NCBI GenBank assembly: GCA_001929475.1
Contig: LXFE01000148.1
Span: forward strand, 1 to 32,314
Length of the DNA: 32,314 nucleotides
Source of the DNA: Neolecta irregularis DAH-3
Taxonomy: Eukaryota
Direction of reading: 5' to 3'
Under the pieces are notes generated by a model. It was not told the origin of the DNA. It saw only the letters and a program-made list of their open reading frames with translations, and searched no databases. The stretch's first letter is position 1, and each line of letters starts with the position of its first letter. A program made the translations under genes and the position numbers. Positions 10,857 to 23,927 of this stretch are shown piece by piece.

Positions 10857-11899
10857 TCAAACTCCATCAACGTATCTTTCCTCCACATTCCTGAAGAAAT
10901 CGTCTTTTCGTCGATCAGATGATCGCGGAACACTCGACTGTGATGAACTATCAACTATGTAATCTGCATGAGGCAAAGCTTTAGCAATATAAGTTATATC
11001 TCCATAGATGACATAGTACCTTCATCTGGTGATAACAGACCCATTTCATCAAGCGCATGGGGAAATTGTCCTTCATCTTTATCTGATGAGCAGGCTATAC
11101 TTTAGCATTCACACCATCCGAAACAGATATACTCGACTCTTCTCCCATCTCATGATTAGAACATGTCCTGAAATCACCTACTGCATCTAATGAATCAACT
11201 GAAGCCAAGGCGGCTTCAGACATCAAAAATGCATCTAAAGCATCATTTGCATAATCGAGTAAGCCCAACATACCGCTGGTCCTAGTTGTCATCTTGGTTA
11301 TCCCATCCCTCGGATTTAGGATTTCAAAGATCACGTCGTCCACTTGAACCAATTCGATTTTGCGTGACGGACTTTTAAAGAGATCCCTTCGTATCCGATC
11401 ATATTCAACATCTTGAAGTTTGCTATGGGTTGCTATTCAGTCAATCCATATGAATTCCGAGAGGGATACAAATGGGCGAAATCTGGGAATCAATTAAGGG
11501 TGCGGCTATCGAGGACTTTTCAAATTTGCTTTCCACAAATGTCGAATCTGCAGTATTTTCTTGCTTGAAATCTTTGTTCGATGAGGAGAATTTCTTTTGT
11601 AATTTCTCAAATCGAGTTTCGCGGAAGGGTGTATTGGTCACATTCGGTGGGAGTACTCGTTTCGACCCAGAAGTCCATCGCAAGAGCCCTGACTTCTTCC
11701 GGGTGAGAGTGTGATGACCAGTTCCTGAGACATTGCTGGGCGTTGATGTTTGACAAATGACCTGCCGCGGAGAACGGGTGGTCTCTATCGATTGGGAGGA
11801 GGGTAGAGCGGAACTGCTTTCAAGCTGGTGTCTGTTTCAGTCAGTTTTGGTCAATCGATGAGGGGATGGTGAAACACAAGAGAGGTGTGCCTACTTCAT
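10857..11899 (-). CDS. hypothetical Ser-rich protein, ~5 exons
   Basis: ORFs 11441-11683 and 11095-11352 join in frame through short GT-AG introns. Stop at 10857. The start is uncertain. Confidence 0.55.
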
Positions 11900-12325
11900 G
11901 ATTCTGGCGACGTCGTTCGACCCAACTTAACAGAGCGCTAAAGAAGAGGAAGCTACGGAAAAGGGGCAAGTAGACATAAAGAGGCAAACAGCGAGGACAA
12001 GCGCCCGAATCGTCACTGGGAATCGAAATTAAAAGATGGATGTCATTCCCTAATCTCTCGCATATGAAATGACGGTGGGCTTGATGTGGCTTGCTTTGTA
12101 TTCGTATCTCCAAAACTATTTCTACATAAAGCTTGTCTAAATTTCCTGGTAGCATTGTTCGGTGTGGCATTGCTAATCAAAAATATGATTCAAAGGGATG
12201 GGCCAAGAGACCGATGGAGCATTTTAAGATCGACAAAATGTGGAGAACTAGGAAAGTGATCTGCACTTCGAGGCCAGCCTCCCGCCATTCCCAACCGCTC
12301 ATCCAATTATTCCAATCGAACAATT

Positions 12326-14255
12326 ATGCATCTGCCCGCATTACTTCAAGCCCTTCGCTCTCAAAAGAGACATCAGGCGCAGGAGGTCTCGCAGTATCGG
12401 TATGAATCAATGGATATGATCTCTCCCGTGGCGCGCCCACTTTTGCGAAAGCCAAAGCCCCGGGAAGAAGTTTGTCGCCTATCAACTTCCAAAAGTACGA
12501 GGTCCCTTTTGCCGGAGACGAAGGTGGAGAAGACAACGGAGCATGTTGGAGGACCGTGTTTAGCGAGGTGGGGTGCTGATGAGGATATCACGACATGGCG
12601 AGGTTACGTAAACGCTTACAAGCAGGTATGTCTCTGTTCTGTCTGCAATTTCAAATAAAAACGAATGAAATTCGTCTCCACGTAATCGCTGCGAGAAAAC
12701 CATGTGATGTATTGACATATTTATTTGGTTGGCTCTTTTAGAAGTCGCAAAAACATTGCTCTGTTTTCCGCAAATATTCGACACCCTAAATTTAGATTTC
12801 TGATATGAAATATTTGCCATAAAATTAAATTGCAAGGTTATACAAAGATCCTCGTATTCATCTCTTTTAAATTTCTTTCTTGATTGTAAATCATGTACTT
12901 ACTACTATTCAGGGCCGGTTAAACTTCTCGAATCCCCCCTTGCCACCCCCAGATATGCCACACATGAACTATTTTCCACCTCCTATACCTGATAATGAGA
13001 AGGAACGTCTGGCTGCATGACTCCCACTGATTCTTTCGAGTAATGAAAAAGGCCGTTCGTGCATACGACACCCCCCCTAATGCGGCCAACTTCCAAAGAA
13101 TTGTTTCTGCATTAAGAAAGTTATTCAATACTAATTTAGCATTTGTATCTCTAATCCATGATAAAAAAGCATTTGTGAAATCTCAAGTGGAATTTGGACT
13201 GTAATTGCTTCCTCCGGAACTTGGCTGATATGCTAGAGATGCCACAACCAGAGATATAACCTTTTGCGGTCATACAATTCTCGGTAGCGAACCTCTTGTT
13301 ATTCTAGATACACTTAAAGACTGGCGACTAAAAGGAAATCCTTTAGTGGTGGGTCCTCCTTACCTAAGATTCTACGCAGGATCTCCAATAATAACCCCTG
13401 TTTGTATTTTTTTGGGATTCTACTAAGGGCTAGGAAGGTTTTGCAATAGGGACGGTTTGTATATTAGATTTGAAGGCTCGCGAAAGCTTCTCTGCACAAG
13501 CTCGGCGTCAGCTATCTGAATTTGCTCGAATCGCTATGGATGAGATCATCAGACTTAAAGAACAAAATGCTTCTGCGATGTCAGCTTTACTGGACGATGA
13601 AATGGTATCTGGCGAAGCAGTGTTCAATGTCAATGGGAAGAAGTATAATATCCAATACAGCAGAACAGAGGAATTACAAGAAGAAACTTCCGAAAGTGTT
13701 TTGAAAGCACCGAACTACTCTTCTGCTAAGCCGGATAAAAGAACTTCGTCAGGAAGGACAATTCCCCATGAGCGAAATGCTTCGCAAAGCTCAAATAATC
13801 CGCAAAAGCACTCATCGCATCCACAAGCTGACAATGTCACTGAACAATTGAACGCCCTTGATATCGCTGTAGAACTTGTTTCTCAAACACTGAAATTGGA
13901 CCTGGTGTATATTGTGAAAGTGTCTCCCTCGCGAAATGTTTGTGAATGTAGCCTTCTAGTATCTCATGGTCTTTCCACTCCGCTTCCAGTATTTGACCCG
14001 ACTTTACACTTACGAGCCTTGAGATCAGATAATGGATTGGTTTACGAGAATCCGACCAACGAGGATCAAGTTTACAAAATAGGAGTTCTCGTTCCGGTGT
14101 GGAGGGAGGGCGAAGATAGAACGGAGTGTGTTAAGGGTGTCATACTTGCTGGATTTGCAAAATCTGGAAGATCAAAAGGATTTACACGGAAGGAAGTTAA
14201 TTATCTGAGGGATTTTGGACCATTGTATTCTTCTATATGGTCAGCCCTCACTTAG
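12326..14255 (+). CDS. GAF-domain protein
   Basis: PIPDNEKERLAAV, RDITFCGHTIL, DWRLKGNPLVVGPPYLRFYAGSPI, GFAIGTVCILD. Introns 12626-12912, 13015-13051 (GC), 13201-13236, ~13399-13432. Confidence 0.85.
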
Positions 14256-14535
14256 ATTTTGAATATGATCGCTGAACTGCTTAAACAATATGTTTCATTG
14301 TAAATCTTTTCTAATTGTTCAATTGTTATCCACAGCTGAAAAGTGCATAAGCAAATCATCCCTATTGATTTGAAAGAATAGAAACAAGGTAGGAAGATAA
14401 GGGCAAGAGAGCACAACTATCAACAAGGAATAGGCTCTCTCGGAATATGTCTTTTGTTCAAAGTATTAGCCATACTAGTGGCAAATCCACCATTGCGAGA
14501 AGATCATAAATGCATTTCAGTTTGGTCTACTGCCA

Positions 14536-15940
14536 CTAGAACTGCCACTCGCTACTCTGTTTCCTTCCCATACGAGGCCTTTAAGATGTTAGTAGGTATT
14601 TTCAGGGTGCTCTCATACTTGGCGACAGGAACCTGTTCATCGTCATCTCCAAAGCCCCAGTTTGGGCGTAATGCATTTGTGGCAGCTAGTTTCTGTTTTA
14701 TCGGCAGGGGAATTTCCTCGCCATTGCCCCAGTGTGAAACCAAATGCTCAAGTTGAGGTTTTTTTATTTGAGTTTGCTCTGGAGTTCCCGCAAAGTCAAA
14801 GTGAGATAAGTTTTTGCGGGCATTACTCGCTAATCCCGAGCCTTGTTCTGTCTTGGGTGCTATTGTTGGCTCGTCATCGTTGAAAGAAAAGTTTCTCTCT
14901 GCATCCCTGCGAGATTCTTTCGTAGGGGGAATTTTGGTAGCCGGGGTATCTTCGCCCCAGAGATTAAATTTTCCAGTTGCTGTTCGACTAGCGACTCCGC
15001 CGCGAGCACCTTTGAACAAAGTATCTCGTTCATCCTGAGCGGACTTTTCGTCTGGTGTACCGAACTGAAACCCGTCCGAGATATCTTGTCCTCGCCGAGA
15101 CAACTTGACAGGTTCTGGATCTTCTGGATGGATCGAGAAGCTCTGCTGGGGTGCTGCAGCACCACCCTTACTTCTGCGTTGTGGAGTAGGTGCAGGGGTG
15201 TTCTCATTAGGAAACAGATCTTCGTATGGGCGGGGTGGTGGACGGGCAATCTCTGCTGATTTGACGATGGCTTCTTGCCGGACGTGAGGTTCTTTGGGAG
15301 CATCGTCGAATAGTTGAAGAGTTCTACGAGGATCAGGCGTCGGATGAAGGTGTTCAGATTTAGTTTTTCTTTGGATCGGAGGAGCCACTTAAACGCGTTA
15401 GAAACCCTGCAGAGAAAAAAGAATCAAGCGACCTCCTCTCAAAAGAGCCATGGATTGTTCCTTGCCTGTAATTGGCCAGGCGTTTCCTCTAGTTCCAATA
15501 ATGCCGATTTGCTTCAACACGGTTGCTTGATCCCAGAAAATCCTGATAGCGCGAATTTTCATGTCTTCAAATATCACAACATGTACCTACGGTCAGAGTT
15601 TAGCATCCATCTCAGATGATTGAAAGAAGGGCAGATTTACCATTGGCAAATCGACTTTTTGATCGCGACAAAAATTCTCCTCTAAACCAGGAAGCATCCA
15701 TCCCCCGCTATTTTTGAAATGAATCTGAGCATTGGACTCTAGGACGAGAGAGTTCGAGCCAATGTGAGTTGAAGTGATTTCATCAGTGCTTTCCAATTCC
15801 GTGCTGGAATTGATGATATGTTTGAGAATATCGTCCGGGCCACTCAAATATAGGCAAGTGGGAATGTAAATCAAGGTTGCTTGATCATGGAGATATTGCG
15901 CCTTTGGCGACTTGAGGAAAAGCCTATACATATCGTTCAT
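14536..15940 (-). CDS. conserved fungal protein with NTF2-like N-terminal domain and disordered tail
   Basis: LHDQATLIYIPT, GGWMLPGLEENF, IRIFWDQATVLKQIGIIGTRGNAWPI. Three introns join ORFs 15593-15997 and 14552-15388. Ends MGRKQSSEWQF*. Confidence 0.7.
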
Positions 15941-16657
15941 TGCGCCGGGGGGAAGTAGATTGATGATTGGGAAAGAGGGGGCGATGGTGTTTCTCAAAAC
16001 ATCAACCAGTTAGGCAGCGCTTGGACCGCACAGGGCCTCCCCCATTTTGACTGTTTAGAATTTACAGAACATCAACCTAGCCACGTGTTTAGTGACTGGT
16101 GGCGAGGCACAGTAAATAAATTCCGTGAAATGACAATAAAGGCAGTCTATGGTAGAAACTGAGTTGAGGGAAGAGGGACACTCCTCTATTCACATATCTT
16201 TTATAATTTCCTTTCCAGTCAAGGTCTATCATAAGACGGGTACTTGTTGAGCACCTAGGACGGTATTTCGAATAAATTGAGTGCTGTTAATTGCTCCAAT
16301 CACGTATTTCGTCCAGTTTGCGAAGCACTCGCTAGATTGAGAATGATCATTCAGTGATTTTTGGCAGATAGCTACCATTGGATATTGTCAAGGTAATGAC
16401 GAAGGTATTGGAGGTGGTGACGGGATTTGGAAGCTATCAAAATAAGGCTAGTGAGGTTGTTCTGCTTGATATCAATTGTTGAGAGCTGAGAGTCCTGAAG
16501 CGAAATATCGAAGCAACCTAACTGTTCAACTCTGAAGAAGCTCGTACGATCAAGGCATAGTGTGTCACGGCACGTCCTGTGCTCAATCATCGAAGCAGGG
16601 TTAACCAGCAGAGATGGCATCAACAGGGTTTTCAATATATGCATGTTCGGGAATTTA

Positions 16658-17572
16658 TCATTTATTGTCAACCTGCATCTTGCGGTCTTCCTCTTCCTTC
16701 TTCCGTTCACCTGCTTCCTTACAGTTAACGTATATTCCAGAAGGAGACAAACCTGCCTAGCCTTTTCTTCTTCCATGCTCATTTTTAATGCCAAGGCCAA
16801 CTCAGGATCCAGACTAGGATCGACTCCAAACTCAAACTGTTCACCACTGCCGCTAGCAGCAACACCTCCAACTTCCCCATCTCCACCTAGAATCGTACTT
16901 CCAAGGAGCATATCGCTCAATAAATGTGGGCCAGGCGGGATTGTAACTAGATGGCTGTTCTCTGCACTGTTGATGTTTTGGATGAAAGCTTCGACTTTCT
17001 CTTCATTGGTCGAGTCCTCGCCAAAACTTATAATATCGACTGATATGTTATTTTTCTTCAGTTTTTTAGCGAGTTTGACTAAATCTTTTGTATCTTCTGA
17101 AATTGGAGAAGCGGTCAAAACGACAATCCGTTGCCGTTGATTCTTGTTTTCACGGTGTTTCAAAGCTAGCTATGAATATCAGACATTGAGCTATGGGGAG
17201 GTCTACTTGAGCAATCTGAATCGCAGTTGTAAAGTGGCACGATTCTGATATCTTCACATCATGTAAAGCCGCCAAAATAGCTCCAAAGTCCGTTGTTAAC
17301 GTTGATTTTACTTCTGGGCTGATATTCATTAGCACAATTGCCCGAGCTCAACCCACGCTACCTTTTCCCAGCCATAGTCATTATGCCCACTGCATTCTCA
17401 GGATTTGCCTGTGTCTTTGCATTGAATAGTAAATGAACAGCCGATAGTTGAGCCTCGAACCTAGTCGGTGTATAATCCCCATTCCGCATGAATTCGGAAT
17501 TATCTATGCTATTGGTTAGGACTTTGTCTAAACTAAAGCATCGAACATGATCATTGTAGCTTCTAACACCAT
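16658..17572 (-). CDS. RPN10: 26S proteasome regulatory subunit (VWA + UIM), 5 exons
   Basis: MVLEATMIIIDNSEFMRNGDY, ALKHRENKNQRQRI, FGVDPSLDPELALALKMSMEEE. The ORF-track tail to 16372 is intron read-through. Confidence 0.95.
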
Positions 17573-17804
17573 CCTGAAGAGATCCTGTAAAGTTGAGCTG
17601 AGATGAAGTTTGATTCAGTCAGAGCTTGCGTATGAAATCTAGGGAATATTGAACCACCCAAATATTTCAAAACATATTACCTAGCAAAACTACTTAAAGT
17701 TTTCAGAAATAATTATTCTATGGTTTTCCCGTGTATGTTATAGGATAATATTTTGACCGCGCAGTTCACCCAACTAGCGATCAAATATCAACACACTCCT
17801 TCAC

Positions 17805-18084
17805 ATGACAAGGCAACGCCCATCACAAGTCCTTCGTCAACAGAGTATGTTTCTCATTGATTTGTATTGAAAATCCAGTCAATACCCGAATTGCGACATT
17901 ACAGACACATTCCCAGTTGATTCAACATGCACTCCGTCTGCGTATTGAGAAACGGATAGCAGCCATCCCTGAAGAAATTAGAAATAAGCCACTTAGAGAA
18001 GTAATTAAGATAGTCAAGGTATAGATTTATCGTAACGACTTCTTGATCAGCTAGAATGGACGGAAGAAGAGACTGAAGAACTAG
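17805..18084 (+). CDS. Borealin/Nbl1-like small protein (69 aa), 3 exons; missed by the ORF track
   Basis: INTRIATLQTHSQLIQHALRLRIEKRIAAIPEEIRNKPLREV resembles the Nbl1/Borealin N-terminal domain. Introns 17845-17878 and 18019-18054. Confidence 0.6.
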
Positions 18085-19043
18085 TTCTCCAGAATTGATC
18101 GATTCAGTAATGTGGGCGTTCAAATGGATTTTTGATTGATTTTTGACATTGGATTGATGTATCTGTGTGAAGCTATTGAATATTTTTTGTAAGACAATCC
18201 AACGAGTTGTGCGTCGCAAAATCTTTTACGAGTTGTCTTCTAGGTTGCTGCATACGCTTCTTGAGTACTCTTAGTGAACTCAATCGGGCCAAAATTCTCT
18301 TCGAATATCCCTGTATGATTAATGTCTATAAAATGAGATTGATAGCATGATCAGCCTATATTCAAATCACAAGGTAGATTTCCCTTTCTCGGAGCAGATT
18401 CGAGGCAATAAACGAAAAACTATATCAATTAATCAATTAATCAATGAAAGTCCATAGACGAATAGGAATCTCAATTGCCAATTTTGAGATCCTATAAGAT
18501 TTTGAATTAACGAGACATTTAGGATGATGTCAACGCTCACTGTTTTTACAATTCAGTACAAAAATATATCAAACTTGTAGTTGCAGAAGTCAATCAGTCT
18601 ACCAGTCAATCATCTATATCAATCAAAAGATTTAAATAATTCGTCAATAGAAATGGCTTTCAGTCCTCCGAGCCGATTATGCTTGAACTGCACCAGCAAA
18701 CCAACATAGGCCCAAATTGTATATATTTATTTGAAATAATTCCGGAAATCAAAACCCTCAGGCAAGCTTGAATGATATGGAATAGTTACTGAGTCAAGAG
18801 AATTAACCTCTTTCGAAGTGAATTCCTTTCTCAGATAACTAAGTGTATTCTTCCTCTTCTGAACGTCTAGAACTCCTGGTAAGAATTATCACATTTGACA
18901 GACTCGATAAATTTTCTCAAAAAGCGACACGATGAGTAATCGACTTGATTGCAGAGCAGTATGAAACAGTCTTCGACAATTAAAATAATGCAGTCAAAAT
19001 TAAATAACTTGACCCGAAAGACCAGGTTTGTCTATGTAGCCGT

Positions 19044-20348
19044 CTATTGTCTCTTTAAGCTTCCATAACCTGAACCGACACTGTCGATTCTTGATGTACG
19101 CTGTATCTCTATGGCGCTGTTGCCTCCAAAACCTTTATGGCCACCTCGAGCACATCTTCGAAGGACGTTCTTTAATTTGTCAATTGCATCTTCGGATATT
19201 TGATGATGCATAACAATCCTTCCGTTGCCCAGTTTAATACCTGCTTTCTTTGCTTCCTTGTCAATTTCATTAAAGTCCGGATAACGAAGCAATATCATAT
19301 TTGTTTGGACGGGAAGGAGAAGCTCGTATCCTAGATCTGCAATGTAATTACTCAAGGCAAGAGTAATCTCGTGGGTTCGTTGTAGAGTCGGGAAGATGTT
19401 GTCGTATGCTGCCCGAGCTGCAGCAGCGAGTAAACCACTCTACGGATGTCAGCTGAAGAATTCTAGAGATGAATGCATACCTGACGAACTCCACCGCCAA
19501 TAGCCTTACGATACCATCTCGCCATTTTTATTGTTTCTTCATCGCCAAGAATGACGCTTCCATACGGCGCTCCCAGGCCTTTCGAGAAGCAGACAGAAAT
19601 TGTGTCTACATGTTTTGCGTATTCAGAGAGGCTGACTTTAGAGGCAACACTGGCATTCCATAGCCTCGCTCCGTCTAGATGAACCTTGATGCCATGGTCC
19701 TTTGCAAGCTTGGATATCTCAATAAGATCTTCAATCGGCAATATAGTTCCGTTGAGAGTATTTTCCAAGCTGATTATCTTTGTGGGGGCTGTATGAATAT
19801 CCTCCAGCACAATGCCACGTTTGATATCTTCAAGGGTCAAATGGATTCCGTTTTCAGGAAAAACAGGAGTGAGCATTGCACTGCTTAGAAGCCCCACGCC
19901 ATTCGCTTCCCACGCATATACATGTGCTCTCTTATCGCAGATAATTGAGTATGGGCCCCGGGGCTCAAGGCTCTTTAAGCTCAGTTGGTTGCCCATTGTT
20001 CCACTGGCCACAAACAGAGCGGCAGGCTTCTGGAACAGGTCGGCGATAAACGCCTGGAAGCTGTTTGTCGCGTGGGATTCGTGGTATACATCGTCTCCGT
20101 GACTAAGGGCCTGCGCAAGAGCCGCTAGCATTTCTGCAGTCGGGGTTGTGACTGTATCGCCTGAAGAACGGGTCAGCGTAGGACGGTCAGGGCAAGGCGC
20201 GCGCACTTCTAAAATCGTGGGAAGCCATCGCGCTTGCCGCAGGCGACTGGTTGCTCGGCAACTGGCGGGGGCAGAAATATGCTCTCGGAGCAGTGGGCGG
20301 TAGTTTGGGGCGAGTCGCGGCTGAGGCGACAGTGCGGCGCTGGAGCAT
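19044..20348 (-). CDS. GLY1: low-specificity L-threonine aldolase, 3 exons
   Basis: DFRSDTVTTPT, GDDVY, SGTMGNQL, LENTLNG, HLDGARLWNA, CFSKGLGAP. Two in-frame ATGs (20348 and 20228). Confidence 0.93.
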
Positions 20349-20448
20349 CCGAGCAAGAGCAGAGCGGGGCAGTTTGCCCGGCCAATTTCGGTACGCTAGA
20401 CCTGTCACAAGGTAAATATTGCGTCCACGTGGTCTCTTGACGGGCCAG

Positions 20449-21276
20449 CTACAAACAACCCAGTGCCCCGCCATCCCGCCCAGTACTGGGCAACGGTGTT
20501 TCCAGCATGGCGCCCGAGCTGCAGTAGTCTTCCCGCAGAATGGCCTCCCAGATTTCCGCCGCTCTTTCCACTATGTCGTCTTCGCCTTTAGCGCTCAAAA
20601 TACCTGCAATCGCACTTAAACACAACCGCTCATGAAGCAAAAAATACACATATGGCGAAGCAGGGATCATGGATCGCTTGCGATGTGGAAGTGCCGGAAG
20701 TGCTGCCCCATGAGGCCGAAGCGTCATGTCGATTCGCTTGAAGATTTCAGGCGTGATATACCGATCCCGCAAGTTCAGATATATCCTATTCTCCCAACAG
20801 AATCTTCGATTTTGGAGCTCCTGTCTAACAACACATGGCTTGGAGATCTCGACGAGACGTCGAAGAAATGTTGACGACATTACAATACATCCGTTTCGGA
20901 TAATGTGTGCTGTAGGACCGTTTTCAATTTCATCGGCCAGAACATCGAGATACGTCAGAAAGCTTTGATCTTGACTTTGGAGCGCGGCGGCGATTTGCGA
21001 TGTCATATCCAATACTGAATAGAGAAAGGCAATGTACGCCATCGAGATCGTTTTAGCCTTTGGCCGAAACACATCGGATACTAAACGTAAACATGGACTC
21101 TGATCAACCTCGAGGAAAAATCGCTTGTTGAGAAGGGAATCGTAACAAGATAAAACCGTCAACGACAGCAATCGAGAAACCCGATAAACATTTACGATAC
21201 TTCGAATATCTGTATAGCGCAATATCTGGGTAAGCAGCTCTGTAGGAATCTTGGAGAAAACGTCGGGTCGAGACAT
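20449..21276 (-). CDS. F-box domain protein (275 aa)
   Basis: N-terminal FSKIPTELLTQILRYTDIRSIVNVYRVSRLL fits the F-box consensus. Uninterrupted ORF. Confidence 0.7.
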   Translation of the reverse strand: MSRPDVFSKIPTELLTQILRYTDIRSIVNVYRVSRLLSLTVLSCYDSLLNKRFFLEVDQSPCLRLVSDVFRPKAKTISMAYIAFLYSVLDMTSQIAAALQSQDQSFLTYLDVLADEIENGPTAHIIRNGCIVMSSTFLRRLVEISKPCVVRQELQNRRFCWENRIYLNLRDRYITPEIFKRIDMTLRPHGAALPALPHRKRSMIPASPYVYFLLHERLCLSAIAGILSAKGEDDIVERAAEIWEAILREDYCSSGAMLETPLPSTGRDGGALGCL

Positions 21277-23293
21277 TGCTGGATGGGGCGAAATGAGGGA
21301 CTGTTATATATCCTGCTTGAGTCACTAACCGCGTGAGAAGCAGAATTCTTGTATTGAAACCAATTAAAACGCCTCATTCGTTAACGAATATGTTCGTACC
21401 AAATGTTAGCCTTGTTTCTTTCGGAGGTGCCATCTGCACACAAGCTACTTTTCCTTAGTCACCTGAATTTCAAGGGAATGAAGCTAAGTTTCGTGAATAC
21501 TGATTAGATAAGACTTGATTCATGAATTATTGCTTCAAGACCCAGTAGATGTCGATGTTTCATCAATGGCTCCTAAAAAATTACCTGATCAATAATACCA
21601 TTAGGCGATTGGCTATGATCCTTTTATCTTACTTCTTGGAAGAATATTGAAGAATTCGTCTACATCATCGACTTTAGTCAGCTACGGGAATATCCTCCGG
21701 TAAATTTCGAATGGTCTGAGATAGTTGGTCTAGTACTGAAAGTATTCAGAAACCAAGGATCTTCTATCTATATATCGATACATAAAAATCACAAGGTGTG
21801 AAAAGCTTGAAATTATCTTTCAATTGTCTTTAGGCTATTGTTCTCAGGAAGAGGATTAAGGGAAGGCCAATTATCGCGAGCTTGTCATCATACTCATGAG
21901 GACTATTATATCAAATCTCGTGTTTCATACGAGAGTATAATCAGTCTTCCACGAAGATCGACCTCCGCTATACGTAGAGCTTCACACTATCGCAGGCAAA
22001 AAGTGCATAGGCTGTCCTACAATTCTCAGCACCAAAGTTTTAGCCTGAAGAATTACGGACGAAACAGTAGAATCCGAATCTAGGATTTACATTTGACAGA
22101 TGAGATGATTGGGGTTTGGAGCGAATTCCCTGCATGTGATAAAGAAAAGCGCGAGTTCGGTTTATGCCAAGAGACCAACCCACCTTTTAAGTAAAACGAA
22201 ACAACATGAAACTAGTTTCGAGAAATTCTTGCTTTATCAAATAACCAACAGTTTCAAAGATCGACAATTTGCTTTTGCTTTACTGCTGTGACTCTAATCA
22301 TTCTGTCTTGATTAGGCCTATATCCTTGTGATAATCGCCAAAGCGGTCTTATTATTTCATTGCTGAACAGTCCTCCTGAGAAATGAAAGCTCGAACCAAA
22401 GGGGATTTGGTTGTGCGCCTAAAAAACACCAATCACTGTAGTAGTTCATTGTCACAGGGAATCAGCACTGACCGGATGGCATGTATGTGCCTGTGCACGA
22501 TTGAGTTTAGAGTGAAAGGAGCTCAAGCAATTCTTTAAGATCAACATGCCACACTCACAAGAACGGGCCATAGCTTCTAAAGGAATTTTCCCAGGCCAAG
22601 AAGGTTAAATGGCAGCTAACTCGCTTCATTTTTAGTCGCTTTTACAACCCTCCATGTATCCACCGCTTTTTTCAATGTGAGGACGCCTGTTAACACACAG
22701 GTTCCAATCAGTGTTCACAGTGAGTTTTAATTGCTTTGACAGGCGGTGGGTTTTTGGTGGAAATGGGGTTTGAAGCTTTGGTGTGCGAGGGCGGGGTCTT
22801 GGAGCGAGGAACCAAGTTATCAAAAGACTTGACTCGCTATTCAGACAGCATCCTCTTCTATCAAAAAAGAAACCTTCGCAGCCCTTTTATCGTATCCGCA
22901 GAACACAAGCTATGCCAAGTGGTTCAGAAAAACAAAAATGATAAAGTAGTAAATAAAAATAAAAGATAAGAAACTTCTCTAAACTAGACCTAGTGAGACA
23001 ACCAGCCGCATTCCCCTATACAAGAGACCTATGGCAAGCCAGACCGATTCAATGACCTAGTTCTTCAAAGTTAAACGAAACACGACGTTGGTTTTGGATG
23101 ACCGCGTGCTGAGACGTCTAAAAATGCCGCGCAAAATAGTTGAGGTAAATGATGTGATGATATGGGATAGTGATAGGAGTTCCGAAGGAGCTGGGGGGTA
23201 ACTGTTGGGGTAAATAGGGATAGTGGTAGGGTGAGGGAGTAGAAGAGGTTTGTCGCTGTAACCGGAAAATGAAGAAATGCGTATTTCCAAGTT

Positions 23294-23497
23294 ATCAGGA
23301 CGGTATCATGGAGATAATCATCATATAGGTTCTCCTTCTATGAGGTCACATCTTGATCCGATAACCCTTTGCCGACGTCAACCTTTGGAGGAGCCAAACT
23401 GCCCTGATTGCGAACTTCCCAAGCTAGACTAACAATATAATTCATTTCGCCTTCTTTTGTGCCAAGTATATCTAACATTTTGGTGCGTCCAATCTCA
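23294..23497 (-). pseudogene. inverted ~204-bp copy of 25015-25218 with a premature stop
   Basis: About 12 mismatches by eye. The parent TGG (Trp) is TAG in the copy. Confidence 0.9.
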
Positions 23498-23927
23498 CGC
23501 CCAAGGTGTGCTACATTATTCACTGGCTATAATCGTGCTTACTCCGAGTTACCAAAACTCTGGTGGATTAAGTCTGACGGATTTAACTCGTAATTCCGCT
23601 CGAATTAAGCTGTTGTGTTATTCAAAGTTTACCTAATTCAGCCACTTCGTCATCAAGAACTTCATCCCACAAACTTTTAAGTATTTTCTCACAATTTCGT
23701 ACCTTGGATAGTAACGTTCCGGTTGGAAAACCTATATAGCTTGCCGGATTCCTAGCAGTATGCGGTTGGCTTTCGAAGGTAAATTATGAGTGTATCACAA
23801 AAGAGACCTCAGACAGCGCTAAGCTACTCTTAATCTGCATATTGCCCCGCCTGCCTCCCTGTCCCTCTTCCCTTTTCTACTCCTATTTGATCATTTATTC
23901 CAATTGATTCTTTCTTGTTCCCTATCG

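Noticed and set aside
16372-17163. C-terminally extended Rpn10 from the ORF track
   Set aside because: Artefact of reading through the last intron. The spliced stop is at 16658.
17899-18219. 106-aa minus-strand ORF
   Set aside because: Antisense to the better-supported Nbl1-like gene and has only a TTG start. The 18100-19000 interval remains unresolved.
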